Assembly (NCBI GenBank): GCA_905178155.1
Contig: CAJINV010000001.1
Coordinates: 15,066,142-15,130,141 of the forward strand
Direction of reading: 5' to 3'
Origin: Amoebophrya sp. A120
Lineage: Eukaryota; Protista; Dinoflagellata
DNA length: 64,000 bases
Within the stretch, counting starts at the first letter, position 1. Each line of letters begins with the position of its first letter. The notes beneath the pieces are model-generated. The model worked only from the letters and a program-made list of their open reading frames with translations, was not told the origin of the DNA and searched no databases. Made by a program: the position numbers and the translations under genes. Positions 24,601 through 35,841 of this stretch are shown in pieces.

Positions 24601-26695
24601 TCGCGGCAAATAGCCTCGCCAGCTCCTCTACTTCCAGGGTCAAGTCTGGCACAGCACCCAACATGCCATCGTTGCTCGAGACCGTTGTACTTTGTTCCTT
24701 TGCGGCGTCGTTCCCGCACGCTTGTTCCTGCACTTTGCTCTCATCTCCCTCTTGCCCCTTAGCCTCCTCCGCCTGCTCGGGACTGAGTACTTGGTCCGTC
24801 GGGAGCTTGACCTTCCTGCCCAAGAAAAGCAGGAGTTCCATGCAGTACGGTAAGTCGTCTTTCCCGACCAAACTCGAGCACAACCCCTGTTCGCCCGCGC
24901 GGGCCGTACGCCCGGCGCGGTGGACAAAAAGTTTCGCGGAGGCCGGAAAGTCGTAGTTGATCACGGAATCGAGCAACGGGATGTCGATACCACGGGCGGC
25001 GACGTCCGTTGTGATCAGAACGCCCCGGTGTTTGTGAAATTTCGATACCTGCTCATTTCTCGCCGCCTGGTCCATGTTTCCGTACACCACGCACACGTTC
25101 TTGATGCCGCCGCCGGCGCGCTTAAACAAGCTGGCGAAGAACTCGACGTGATGCCTGGTCGCGACGAAAAATACGACGCCGCGCTCCTTGGAGGAAGACG
25201 ATTGGGCTGTACTGCCTGCAAGAGTGTTACTTCCTTTCTTCCCCTTTCCCTTCCCTTTTTTCCCCGCAATTGTTCCTTTGCTCCCCGCCCGGAGTTGCTC
25301 CAGCTCTAAGTCGTTCGCAGCACCGCCGTTCTTAATCGCAGGTGTCCTCGACGACGACGACCTTGCGTCTGCCCGAAAGTCGGCGGTCAAGTGCCGGCGG
25401 AGCAAGTGCAAAGCAGCTGCGATTTTCTCCTCCTTGCGGACGTAGAGGAACTCCAGTTCCAAATTCTCGGACAAGCTCGTTTCCACATCCAACCGCACCA
25501 CCTCCGGGTCGCGCATTCCTAACCTGGAAAATTGGAACACCTGCGATGGCAAAGTCGCGGAAAACAGCAAACACTGGCGGCTCTGCGGGCAGGCTTCCAT
25601 GATCTTGTGAATCTGTTCCGCGAAACCAAGTTCGAACAAGCGGTCTGCCTCGTCGAAGATGAGCGTTTCCACGCGGGCGAGGGAGAGCTCGGCTTCCACC
25701 ATGTGATGCACCAGTCGTCCGGGCGTGGCGAAGACGACGTCCGGGTTCTGCGCCAGCCTGTCGAACTGCGCTTCCATGGCCTGACCACCCACGAGGAGGC
25801 AAATCCGCAAGTCCCCGCCGTTGGCGTTCAACTGCTTGCAGGCCTTGCTACTCTGCATCGCAAGTTCACGGGTGGGGGAAAGCACCAGGGCGCGGACACC
25901 AACAGTGGTGCTGTGCGTCAGCTCGAGCTTGTGAAGGGTTGGCAGAAGAAAAGCGGCAGTCTGTTTTTATATTTCGTTTGATTGATTTTTTGAATCAGGA
26001 GCTCATCCGTCGGAATGAAAGGCAGAGGTGATGAATGTCTTGGAGTTATGAATTAGGGCCAAAAGGAAGAACAGTCGAATTATTTTTACCTTTCCCGACC
26101 CGGTCCGTGCCATGCCGATGACGTCGCGGCCTCCCATGACAAGGGGGATGCACTTGCGCTGAATGGGCGTCGGCATCTTGTACCCGAGCTTCATAATCGC
26201 GCGGTTCAAGATTGGGTGCAGCCCGAAACTTTCGAAAGACCCTGGTTTAATTTTTTTCTTTTTTGTTGCACTTTCGTCGTCGGCAGGGAGCGCTGGCGTT
26301 TTTATCTTTACCGTCTTTTCCTGTTTGCTCTCATCCTCGTCGTCACTGTCGCTGTCCGAGGCATTTCTGGTGTCACCTTTACCGCGCGACCCTTTTTTTC
26401 CTTTTCCGCCTTTACCTTTTCCCTTTCCCTTTCCGTCCGACTTGCCACTGCCCTTGGTGCTGCTTTTTCCTCCGGAAGATTTGCCTTTCCCTTTTGCTGC
26501 GGACTTCGTGTTTGGCCTATCACCTCCTTTTTTGCCGCTGCCTTTTCCCGCGCCTTTGGATGGTTTTCCACCCGCTTTCGATGTTCCCGAGGCAGGACTA
26601 CTTTTGTCGCTACTGACAGCTGGCTTTGCGGCAGGCTTTGTCGTCTCGGCGGGCTTGCGCACGGCGACAGTCAGCCCTTTCTTCACGATTCCCAT
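21688..26695 (-). CDS. DDX54: DEAD-box RNA helicase DDX54/Dbp10; exons 26695-26090, 25960-24073, 23815-22995, 22426-22297, 22154-21688
   Basis: PTPIQRKCIP, ARTGSGK|TAAF, SPTRELA, TPGR, DEADRLFELGF, LFSAT, FVATRHHVE, ARGIDIP, HRAGRTARAG, and DBP10CT-like WDAKKKKY...YAKW. Three GT-AG introns and one introner. Confidence 0.93.
22480..22927. repeat. Compound minisatellite in a DDX54 intron: ~18-bp units (GCACTACTTAAGCGA..) followed by ~13-bp units (GCGAAACACTTAA)
   Basis: Tandem degenerate units visible directly, sharing the core CTTAAGCGA. Confidence 0.9.
23821..24072. mobile_element. Introner family A, DR CGTTC/CGTTC
   Basis: TIRs and perfect DR. Removal gives MKNVLEEKRAF in frame. Confidence 0.92.
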
Positions 26696-27651
26696 GTTCG
26701 AAAAATTTTTCGTGCCTTAGTCCGAAGGAATGGAAAAGTGAAAAGGAAGGGATAAAACCACCGCTTGGAAATAAACCGTGATGAACGAGGAAATAATGGA
26801 CTAATCTGTGGAATCGCTAAACACAGTCACGACTCTACAAAAATTTTTCCCTTTCTTCCTGTCGTATAGGAATCAGTTCATGAGCCATTTTGCAGGTATA
26901 TTCATATAAGCTACAGAATCACATTCATATAAGCTACAGAACTCTTTTCTTTGTTCAGCACAAGATCATGATCAATATTGTCCTGATCGGAGATGAGAAC
27001 CTCACTCAGCGGATCTCTATTTCCTCGGTCTGTCTTGTGTTTTTCGTTCATTTTTTCCTCTGCCTGAACCGTGTATTGATCTGATTCTTTTCTGATCGCG
27101 GTTTAGAACGGTAATTCGACAGTTAGTTTTAATGCTAGTAGCACAAGCAAGCCCAAGCGATCATCAGAGTAGCGAACTCGCAGCTCATGCGGCACTGCTA
27201 TATCTACATCAAGCTTTTGATCGCAGGCTTCGTCATCATGGTTTCGACCGGCTCCATGTTACAATTGGTGCAGGTGTCCTTGTTGTGATTCTCGATTTTG
27301 TGTTGCAGTCATAAAATTGTGTCGGGCTCTTCACACCTCGTGCGTCTGCCGTGTCTGTAGGTTTGCAACGAAAGTAGCTGATGGCCAAAGCTAGCAATTT
27401 GATACCAATTTCTGTTCAAAACCGGGAAATAAAAATTGCAGAACAGCTAGTTCTATTAAGCAGGCAAAAATTTCAGAGACGCGCTAGTACTCGTCACCGC
27501 ACGATAATCTGCCGAAACAAACGCGAACGCCGAGACGCGCTTGCGCGGTCATAAATTTCAAAAAAAATGCACGGGACGCCGATGCCCACTGCAGATATTC
27601 TGCACAACGAATCCGCGTCAACTAGTAATCGGGTCCCAGCACCATCCTTTT

Positions 27652-29469
27652 TCAGCTTCTTCGCCCGAAACCATTTTTGTGTCTATCATTCTTCGGCGAC
27701 ACTGAAGTAGAACCCTGAGATTCATTTTTCTGCAATTGCAAATTGCGCTGGGCCAAGGCCTCCCGCTGTCCCATCCGCAGTTGTTGCAGAAAGTAAAGAG
27801 CTTGATGCCGGTTCAAATTTCTCACGTCGGGTACGACGTGATTCTGGCCCCGCTTGTACTTTTGTGCGGCCGCCTCGATTGCCGCGGCGTGCGCCAGATG
27901 AGGCGACTCCCAAACACTTTCGAAGTGGAGCTGGTGCTCCTCGATAAATTCCAGCGCCTCCACGTGCTGCCGTCCCGCAAACAAGAGCGGGTCGATGTAC
28001 TCTTTTGCATGTTGTAGCCTGCTTTCCTCTATCAAGAGCTCGGCACTTTTCTCCAGCTTTAAATCCCCCCCTTTGGGAAACAACCGCAGGGCAGTGTTGT
28101 GTTGCATATAGGCTGCGTAGGAAGGATCACAATACCTGTCTTCGTCTGCGGCACGACTGCTGCTGTGTGGCTTTTGCGACGACCGCCAGGTTGGTATCAC
28201 ACCGGTTGTCGAACTGGAGGCCGCAGAATGTGGGGACGACTGCTCCTGCTGCTGTGCGCCGGCAGAAACTTGTTCCGGAGAGGAAAGATGTTCACCCGCA
28301 TAACGACAACTGGAGGAATGCGAACGTGGATCATTATATGCGGCGCTTGCGATCGGAGGCCGAACACGAGTGCTCCCTTGAGGGTCTAGCTCCTGCTGCC
28401 GATGCTCTTCAAACACAACCTGCGAACGACTTCCGGGCGTAGTTGTCATCTGCTCCTGCTGCGTTTGCACAACGTCGCTCCCAGCACCTTCTGCAGGAAC
28501 AGAAACCACCGCCACCACCTGCCCACGAGCTTGCGGGTTTGCCTGCTGCACCCGGTACTGGCACTCGTTCCAGTACTGCTGATGCGCCACCTCATTGTTC
28601 AATAACGATTCTAAGGACAGTGTCTGCTCGCAGGCGCCCCGCGGAAACTTGCGCATTCTTTCCTTCACCTCCTCGAGCGACTGCGCTGTCATCAACTCGC
28701 GGGCCTGCTGCTGCAAGGTGTTTAGGCCCGGCGCATCGCACCACTCGTAGTGATGGTAGGTTGAGCTGTGCAGCGCCAGAAGAGACGAGGCAGCTGTGGC
28801 GGGAGGTGGCTGTTGCTCGACTTGATGGGAAAGCATTCGCTCGCCAGCGGTTGGACAGCTGGTGGGGGTACTGCAACATGTTCCGTCGTGCGGCATGAGA
28901 CTATAGTGGCACGGATGGAAAGCGGGGCTCACAGTTTGCTGCGGCACACCGCAAAAGAATTGCTGCGGCTGCTGTTGTAGTTCGGAATTCACCGGCGAAA
29001 CCGCTGCAACCCACGAAGCCGGCGCACCACTACCCGAATATGACTGCTGCACACCACAACTGTTTTCATATTTCGCCATACGGTCTTCTAAGAAGTCTGC
29101 CGTTCGCACACTGCAATTACTTCCCCTACTGTCCTGCGACGCGGACCGCCGGTTCGCACCACTGCTACTCTCGCCCTCATCGGTTGCGCGCGGAAGCGAG
29201 TGGAGTGTTTCTGCGGTTTCGCCGTGGGCACCTCCCCTGTCGGTTGTAAAAGTTCCTTGCTCTTCGTCAGCACTGTCTCCCTCGGCAGCGGCTTGCTTTT
29301 TTCTACTCAACGGCAGCACACTTGCGACTGTTTCCCCGGCAATCTCGTCTGTTGAAAGGTGGACTTTCATATTCACCAGCTTCGCAATCCGTCCATTTGG
29401 CATGGCACCGAGCACGGGCCAAATGTGTAGCGCTGAGAGAAAAAGCAGCGCCATGGTCAAAACTGTCAT
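27652..29469 (-). CDS. Putative secreted low-complexity protein (ORF is open upstream to 29592)
   Basis: About 600-aa intronless ORF. MTVLTMALLFLSALHIWPVLGA resembles a signal peptide. Confidence 0.65.
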   Translation of the reverse strand: MTVLTMALLFLSALHIWPVLGAMPNGRIAKLVNMKVHLSTDEIAGETVASVLPLSRKKQAAAEGDSADEEQGTFTTDRGGAHGETAETLHSLPRATDEGESSSGANRRSASQDSRGSNCSVRTADFLEDRMAKYENSCGVQQSYSGSGAPASWVAAVSPVNSELQQQPQQFFCGVPQQTVSPAFHPCHYSLMPHDGTCCSTPTSCPTAGERMLSHQVEQQPPPATAASSLLALHSSTYHHYEWCDAPGLNTLQQQARELMTAQSLEEVKERMRKFPRGACEQTLSLESLLNNEVAHQQYWNECQYRVQQANPQARGQVVAVVSVPAEGAGSDVVQTQQEQMTTTPGSRSQVVFEEHRQQELDPQGSTRVRPPIASAAYNDPRSHSSSCRYAGEHLSSPEQVSAGAQQQEQSSPHSAASSSTTGVIPTWRSSQKPHSSSRAADEDRYCDPSYAAYMQHNTALRLFPKGGDLKLEKSAELLIEESRLQHAKEYIDPLLFAGRQHVEALEFIEEHQLHFESVWESPHLAHAAAIEAAAQKYKRGQNHVVPDVRNLNRHQALYFLQQLRMGQREALAQRNLQLQKNESQGSTSVSPKNDRHKNGFGRRS

Positions 29470-30263
29470 CCTTTGATTTTGCTGTCGTGTGTGGAAAATG
29501 CTACCAAAACCCATTGTAAGTAAATCCATGAAACTGAGAAAGCGCAAAAAGTCAACGCGTTGCAAAGTAATTCTTGACAATGATAGCTGCATTCAAGTCG
29601 GGTTCACCATTGCGTCCTGTTGACAAAATTCTGAAGAGAACTTCCGATAAGAAAGGTCGAAGCAAGGGAAGTGGATGAACGCAAACGTGGATGAATCTTG
29701 CCCGATGCAACGAAATACCGCGCCAATTTCTTTGTGTGAAACGACAGAAGACTGTATCTGCAAACCTAGGTGTCTCGGCAAAAGTGACAACTCTCAGAGC
29801 GCCTGTGCTCGTGGAGGTCGAACAACCGCTGATAGTGAAAAAGTACTTGCATCGCACGTCCGATTAGCGAACTTTTGACGACAACGGAGGTACTATAGTT
29901 TTTATCTTTCCATGACAGCGGATGCATTCATTTCAGTTGAGGAATTCCCGTTCGGAGATCATTTTAGAAACGTTGACTCATACGCGGATATACGTCGACT
30001 CTAATTGGTAGGCTGTACTTCGGACTCTGAACCACTTCGTTTCATGAAATACTGTTTCATGCAACTTCACGTGTTTAATCTTGACACTTACTGAAAGGGT
30101 GTTCACACACATCGTACTTACTTATAGATACTTTCGGCAGGAAGTTTGGGGCGCTACATTCAGATGCCTGCGGTTCGCGCTACCCTTTAATTCTTTTTCT
30201 TGGTTGAGCTTATCTTCACCTTGAGCTTCTTTGATTAAATTTCCTTGTACTTTTCTCCGAACT

Positions 30264-30662
30264 TCAGGAAACCCTCTGGACCGGCCGCTCATTTGCATCT
30301 TGCTCTTCTGCAGCCAGAGGTAGTAAGAAGCCGCTATTCAAGTCCAACAGATCTTCATCAACCGACGGCGTGTCCACGTTGCCGTTGGCAGGTTGATGTT
30401 CAGGCGCCGGTTCTCTGTTGCGGCCGTTGGCAGGTTGATGTTCAGGCACCGGTTCTCTAAGTGCGGCTTCAGTAGGTACGAGCCCTCGCCCAAGCAAAGC
30501 AGCGAGTACAGGTCCTCCCCCTGCTTCAAGAGGTCGGCCACCTCCTTCAAGAGGTCGGCCAGCCCTGTTGCGAAGGAGACTTTGAGAACCACGCCCCGAC
30601 TTTCCCATGGCAACCACTGTCAAGGTCAACAGCGCGGACCACAGGAAAGCAACTCGAAACAT
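30264..30662 (-). CDS. Small putative secreted protein with internal peptide repeats
   Basis: Signal-like MFRVAFLWSALLTLTVVAMG. Two copies each of GRPLE(G/A)GG and REP(V/A)PEHQPANG. Confidence 0.65.
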   Translation of the reverse strand: MFRVAFLWSALLTLTVVAMGKSGRGSQSLLRNRAGRPLEGGGRPLEAGGGPVLAALLGRGLVPTEAALREPVPEHQPANGRNREPAPEHQPANGNVDTPSVDEDLLDLNSGFLLPLAAEEQDANERPVQRVS

Positions 30663-31424
30663 GGTGTCTTGCTCTTGTTCGTTTTGCTCGATCGATATAT
30701 TTATATTCTGTTAACTGGGGGATGGAATGATAAAAATGGGCAAAGAAACAAAGCGTATATCTTCTTGAACTTACTTAATGCACCAGCACGAAAATGCAAG
30801 CTCTTTGGACCGGGGAGTGAAAAGCAAAAGAGGTGTTTGTTTCTACTTTCGAGATGATTACGAAAGGGTACTTCGAAACGTAAAGCGAGTCGCTAACGCT
30901 AAGCGTAAATCAATGAATACTACTTAATTTTTACAATTTCCTTCAAAAAAAGTTCCGCGTTACGCACGAACTTCTAGTTCTATTGCTGTTGCTGATTTCG
31001 AAACTATCGAAGGTTTCCAAACGATTCTTGCAGCCTATTTGAGCTGCCAACAGTTAGACCTCGGCATCGCATAAAATCATGTGTTGTGTTCTCATTTCTA
31101 TCTGAGCCGAAGAAGATGATCTCTGCATTCGTTGCGTGTGCGCACTAGAGAGCTGACTTAAAAAGTATGATTTCAGATCCCGATCCCAGCTGAGACTTAC
31201 GAACTTGATCGCGTGGCGTTGCACAAGCCTCAAGGTTTTGCGTCATATTTGTGAACGATCGCCAGACTCGTAGGCAAGAACAAGATTTTGCTGGTGTAGA
31301 TAAAATTGAAGTTTTTGAAGCATGCAAATGGCCTTTTTGCATGCAAATGGCTTTTTTTGCTGGTGTAGATAAAAAAAACAGTTCGCATGTGGATGGCCTA
31401 ATGTGCTTCAGTACAAAATTCTGA

Positions 31425-34178
31425 TCAATCAAACATCCACCATCTACCGGCAGTTTTGGAATTCAGGTCCTGCGCGCTGGTATCTCTCCAAGAGAGCAAG
31501 GACATACCGCCATCCTTCACATCTTCTGCGGGTTTGTCTACGATTGTCAAATGCCTATTCGTCTTTCCCAGCGCCTCTTCCCGTTTTTGCAGCCGTGTTC
31601 TAGTTCGCCGAATTTCGTGCACCAGTTTGCCAAGCGTTTTCAGCCTGTTGCCCAACCCGTGCAATCCCTCTTCGCGGCGACTCACCACCCAATGCGGGAC
31701 TGGACAGGAAGGAGGGAGGGCTGCGAGTTCTGCCCCTGGTGTGACTGCTGTTTTTTCTTCTACTTGCTCTTGTTCGAAAACTAGCTTGAAGTGCGCTCTT
31801 TCCTGCATGACCGACGTATCCTTTGTTACAGTAGACTGCGCAGCACTCAGCCCTGGCACGCGCTTCCAAACTTCCTTTCGGGTGGCTTTCGCGGGGGCAC
31901 CATTCGCTTCCACTCTGCCAGTTCGGCAGGTTCCATAGCTCAAATAGTTCGGCTCCAACCGCTCATACAGGCCCGGAAAAGTCGCCGACTTTAGGTCCAG
32001 CGCCCGCGTGAGAAGCCCGAGTGCGGTCTGATCTGTGAAAGGCATTTGGAGCAGCAAGTGCCGATTGTGTACGGGGGATAGCAAATTAACCCAGAGATTC
32101 AGAAACCGGACGGTCAGCTCGTTGTTCTGCACCAGCAACCACGTGTCCTGAATCATTGGCGCTTCTTCCCTCCAATACTCACTGCACCGCCGGAAAGCGC
32201 GGACCAGCTCCGTGTCGGTTGCAAGGTGCTGATCGAAATGATTTTGCTGTTCCGAAGACCAGTCGGCATCTTGGCTGCTAGACGAATCCATCCCACCAGA
32301 AGCGCTAAGCAATTCTGCTATCCTCTTCTCCTGCATCGCCCTGCGCAACGGCGCTGCTTGTACTTCCGCGTCGACGCAAACAGCGCGGAAGGCGTCTTCC
32401 GGTTCTATCCGCACTTGCTCGTCACTCAGAACTATCGGCGATAGCTTCACCGTTTCGTCGTGCCGTTCGCCGGCTTGCTGCTCCTGCGAAATTTTCTCAA
32501 TCTCGCACCACTGCGCCCGTCTGCGCAGTAAATTTCGCAGCATGGTGTAGAAGTCCATATGCATCTGCTCGCGGTCGGGAAAAAAGTTCAAACTGTGAAG
32601 CTTGTGCAACACACTATGGTACTTGAGCAGCCAATCCATGTCGAGCAGCGAGAACGGTTTTACATTGTTTCTCAACCCGGTCTCCGCGCGGTCGTGGATG
32701 GTGTGTAGGTCTAGATCGAAATCGCCCTCCGTTAGCGCACTTGTTCTACTTGCTGCACCATTTATGTCTAGATGATTCGAACCCGGGTTTTCGGCAACAG
32801 GTGAGAACGCTTGCTCTGGATTGAACGCGACGTGTCGCAAGGTCGAGATGTGCTTCGTGAAGTTGCTTGGCTTGTTCATATTGTTTCTGCTGAAAGTACT
32901 GCTCGCTGCTGAGAAACTTTGCTCTCCTTCCTGATCCCCAACAGCACCTGAGAACGCACTTTGGAAGAACTCCTCGTACATCACGCGGAAAGCCGACCGA
33001 AACCAACCGCTCATGAACTCCCGGCGAATCGACAGCGGAATTCGGGCGCCAAAAATTCCGGCAAGAACGCCGCCCTCCTGCTCCGTGACCTTCCGCATGG
33101 TGTCAAGATCGTCGCTGTTCAAGCTGTGAAAGAAGGAGCTGTTGAAAATTGGACTTCCGCTGTCGAAGTCGATGCCGGCGTACTTGTTGGGGTCTTGGAG
33201 AAGGAGAAATTGGTTCTTCGGGATGAATTTCTCCAAAGTTTCCTTGATGATCAGCGGTCGGACGCCTAGGTAGACGGGGTGGAGGTAATAGCTGTTAAGC
33301 TTCTTGTAGTCGGCTTGTAGTTGCTGGAAAGCGAGCTTGTGGCTCTGCCACCAGCTGGTCGCCGCGAGATTCAGCCGCCGGATTTGAAAATAAGTAGTCG
33401 CATGTTGTGCATGGTCTCCGTTCATCCCAGTTGCCGCGGAAACTGCGAGTTCATGCGCGTGTGACAGCACGGAAGATACAGCTGAAGAAACATCAGACGC
33501 ACCATCGGTACTAGTAGCTGCACGCTCGGGTTTTTTCTCATCTTGCAAACAGCTGTAGTCGACCGCACCCCGCCTCCTCGTTCCTCGCGGGGACATGCGC
33601 ACGTACACGAGATTGGTTTTTCCCACCAGGTTCGACGGCAGCGCCTGCTCATGCAGCGGAACTAGATCAGTTTCCCACGGTCGTGCGGTGGTGATATTTT
33701 TGTCAACATCTTGTTTCGCCGAATAGAGCTTGTCACGTTCTTCCGATCTACCCGAAAAGCAAGGAGACCGGCCCTCTCTTTGCCTATCGCCCTGCGTGCC
33801 GTGAGGTTGCGACTCCCGTCGCTGCACAGCGCTTTCTTGATGTCCTTTACCGAAGGCAACTTCAAGATCCTTGTCCGCATGTGGTTCCTCTGGAACTTCC
33901 CACACACCCGGCTGGCTCGGCAAAAGCCAGCGGTTATGAGATTTGAAGCCGGCATAGAAAAATGTTTTGTCCAACAAATCCTGCGTTTTCCGAAACACGC
34001 CATGCGTGCCGAACGTGACGAGGTGCACGAGGTCATTTTGTTCTTTCGTCTCAGCTACAGGAGCGAGCAATAAACTTGCGAAAGCAAATAATTGCAGAAG
34101 AAGAAGTGGTCTACACGAGGTACTCGATACAATTGCGCGATGTAGTTGATCCTTCTTTCTACTCCGTAGAAACGACAT
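31425..34178 (-). CDS. Putative GT-A-like glycosyltransferase with N-terminal signal/anchor, 917 aa
   Basis: VHLVTFG, RPLIIKETLE...FLLLQD, IQDTWLLVQN...RFLNLW and DQTALGLL occur in the order typical of nucleotide-diphospho-sugar transferases, separated by long inserts. Confidence 0.55.
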   Translation of the reverse strand: MSFLRSRKKDQLHRAIVSSTSCRPLLLLQLFAFASLLLAPVAETKEQNDLVHLVTFGTHGVFRKTQDLLDKTFFYAGFKSHNRWLLPSQPGVWEVPEEPHADKDLEVAFGKGHQESAVQRRESQPHGTQGDRQREGRSPCFSGRSEERDKLYSAKQDVDKNITTARPWETDLVPLHEQALPSNLVGKTNLVYVRMSPRGTRRRGAVDYSCLQDEKKPERAATSTDGASDVSSAVSSVLSHAHELAVSAATGMNGDHAQHATTYFQIRRLNLAATSWWQSHKLAFQQLQADYKKLNSYYLHPVYLGVRPLIIKETLEKFIPKNQFLLLQDPNKYAGIDFDSGSPIFNSSFFHSLNSDDLDTMRKVTEQEGGVLAGIFGARIPLSIRREFMSGWFRSAFRVMYEEFFQSAFSGAVGDQEGEQSFSAASSTFSRNNMNKPSNFTKHISTLRHVAFNPEQAFSPVAENPGSNHLDINGAASRTSALTEGDFDLDLHTIHDRAETGLRNNVKPFSLLDMDWLLKYHSVLHKLHSLNFFPDREQMHMDFYTMLRNLLRRRAQWCEIEKISQEQQAGERHDETVKLSPIVLSDEQVRIEPEDAFRAVCVDAEVQAAPLRRAMQEKRIAELLSASGGMDSSSSQDADWSSEQQNHFDQHLATDTELVRAFRRCSEYWREEAPMIQDTWLLVQNNELTVRFLNLWVNLLSPVHNRHLLLQMPFTDQTALGLLTRALDLKSATFPGLYERLEPNYLSYGTCRTGRVEANGAPAKATRKEVWKRVPGLSAAQSTVTKDTSVMQERAHFKLVFEQEQVEEKTAVTPGAELAALPPSCPVPHWVVSRREEGLHGLGNRLKTLGKLVHEIRRTRTRLQKREEALGKTNRHLTIVDKPAEDVKDGGMSLLSWRDTSAQDLNSKTAGRWWMFD

Positions 34179-34536
34179 TTTCGCAGACTAGGCAAGTAGT
34201 AACGATTTCTTTTCCGTAGTAGACGATTCAGACGACGGTTTTTTTTCTTTGGAAAGAGCGCAGAGCACTTTGATTTGACTTGATATCCGACACCAGTGAG
34301 GAAAGGGCTGTGATCTGCGTACGCAACGAACATCGCCAAATTCTCGACCAAGAGAATTGACAGAGCAATGTACCCCGCTTCTGAGTGCTTTCATTACTTC
34401 GTGCGCGCTCGCGTACAATATGTCGCGTATACACTAAGGTTATGCAGCTGCGTAGTTTTACTCCACTTTCACTTTACCATGTGTGTCGCCAAATTAGAAA
34501 ACCTACTAGTACAGCTTCATCACTATGTCGCTTCAT

Positions 34537-35841
34537 TCACAAGTCAAACAACATTCTTTGCGCTCTTGTCCGCCAAGCCTCGGAATCATAGCCGCCCGCG
34601 TGCATGGCGGAGACCAGGCAAAACGGCTCCCGAACCACCTCGCTGCGCAGCAGCTCCCGCTCACTGCCCGCGAGTGCAATGTCTGACCAGTGGTCGTATT
34701 TCAGGAGCAAATCCCGGTACTCCGTCCGGAACGGATGGTAGTTTTGCAGGTCCATGTTCCGGTCGCGGCGCTCGTTCCAATCAGCGGAGAACAGCTGGTG
34801 CATGCGCTCCCCCTCGTAGATGGCCTGCCTAACCTGGAGTACTTTCCGTTGCTCCGCGCGAAGGTCCCGTTCGGCGAAGGACAGTTCTTTGATCGAAGGT
34901 AAATCTTGGTTGTCGTTGTCATACTTGTTTTCATCTTCCAGGACCGCGGTACTGGAACGTTTTCTGGTGCTAGTCTTTGCAGCTTCACCTGAGACGGCAA
35001 GAACACCTTCGCGGTTGGTTATGTTTTGCTCCTCCTCGTTCTCTACGACGACTTCTCCACGGCCGATCGCGCGCTTCCGCAGCTCTTCCTCCTCGACAAG
35101 TCTCCAATTCGGCTGGGCCATGCGCCGCAGCTCCTCCCGCAGCAAAAGCTGGTTGACCCGGAAGCGCAACCGCATCGGGAACGCGTTGGGCGCTTGCGCC
35201 GCCCGGGCGGCCGCCAATTTTTTCTCCGCGATGATTTTCGCAGGAGTCGGGTTCGTTTGGGAATTGAGGTGCACCGATTCGAGGTAGAAGCCTTCCCGCA
35301 CTTGGCAGAAGTCGCATAAGGAGTTCGGGGGCACGTGCGTTATTATCACCGATAAGACCACATTCGGGCTACTCGAAGCAGCGGGTGCTGTCATCAGTGG
35401 CGGGAAAAGTTTGACCGCAAGCTTCCTTTCGTTTTCACTGAGCTGCGACGCTTCTCCCGCTCCAAGAGTGTCCTGCACAAAGCCTGCGTCGAAGCGCCGA
35501 CTGTGAAAAGTGGTCATCGTCCCATTACTGCTGCTACTGCTACTGCTTCTCGAAGGTCCTGCTGCTGCGCCGGGAGTGTTTTTCGTGGCAGAATTACTTC
35601 CTCTCGATCCGTGAAACGCCTGCAAGAAAAGTCTGTAAGAGTGGTCCTCGGTTGTGACGACGGTCCACTCCGGGAGCGGGTCGGTTTTTTTCGCGATCGT
35701 CACGTCGATTACGGGGGAGTCTTCAAGCCAAGTCACGTATTTTTCCTTCAACTCAAAGTAGTCCTCCGCAGCCACGTCGGTTTTGAAGTCCCCGCGCCGC
35801 TTGTTGAAGACGCGGGCCACCTCCGCCCGGACCTTTGCCAT
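34537..35841 (-). CDS. MNAT1: MAT1/Tfb3-like CDK-activating kinase assembly factor without the N-terminal RING
   Basis: VRAEVARVFNKRRGDF...EDYFELKE resembles MAT1 IRKKVLKIYNKREEDF...NDFLEEVE. C-terminal AGGYDSEAWRTRA resembles AGGYTSSLACHRA. Confidence 0.65.
   Translation of the reverse strand: MAKVRAEVARVFNKRRGDFKTDVAAEDYFELKEKYVTWLEDSPVIDVTIAKKTDPLPEWTVVTTEDHSYRLFLQAFHGSRGSNSATKNTPGAAAGPSRSSSSSSSNGTMTTFHSRRFDAGFVQDTLGAGEASQLSENERKLAVKLFPPLMTAPAASSSPNVVLSVIITHVPPNSLCDFCQVREGFYLESVHLNSQTNPTPAKIIAEKKLAAARAAQAPNAFPMRLRFRVNQLLLREELRRMAQPNWRLVEEEELRKRAIGRGEVVVENEEEQNITNREGVLAVSGEAAKTSTRKRSSTAVLEDENKYDNDNQDLPSIKELSFAERDLRAEQRKVLQVRQAIYEGERMHQLFSADWNERRDRNMDLQNYHPFRTEYRDLLLKYDHWSDIALAGSERELLRSEVVREPFCLVSAMHAGGYDSEAWRTRAQRMLFDL

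Noticed and set aside
26900-26941. Short direct duplication ATTCATATAAGCTACAGAA upstream of DDX54
   Set aside because: Only two copies and no support for function.
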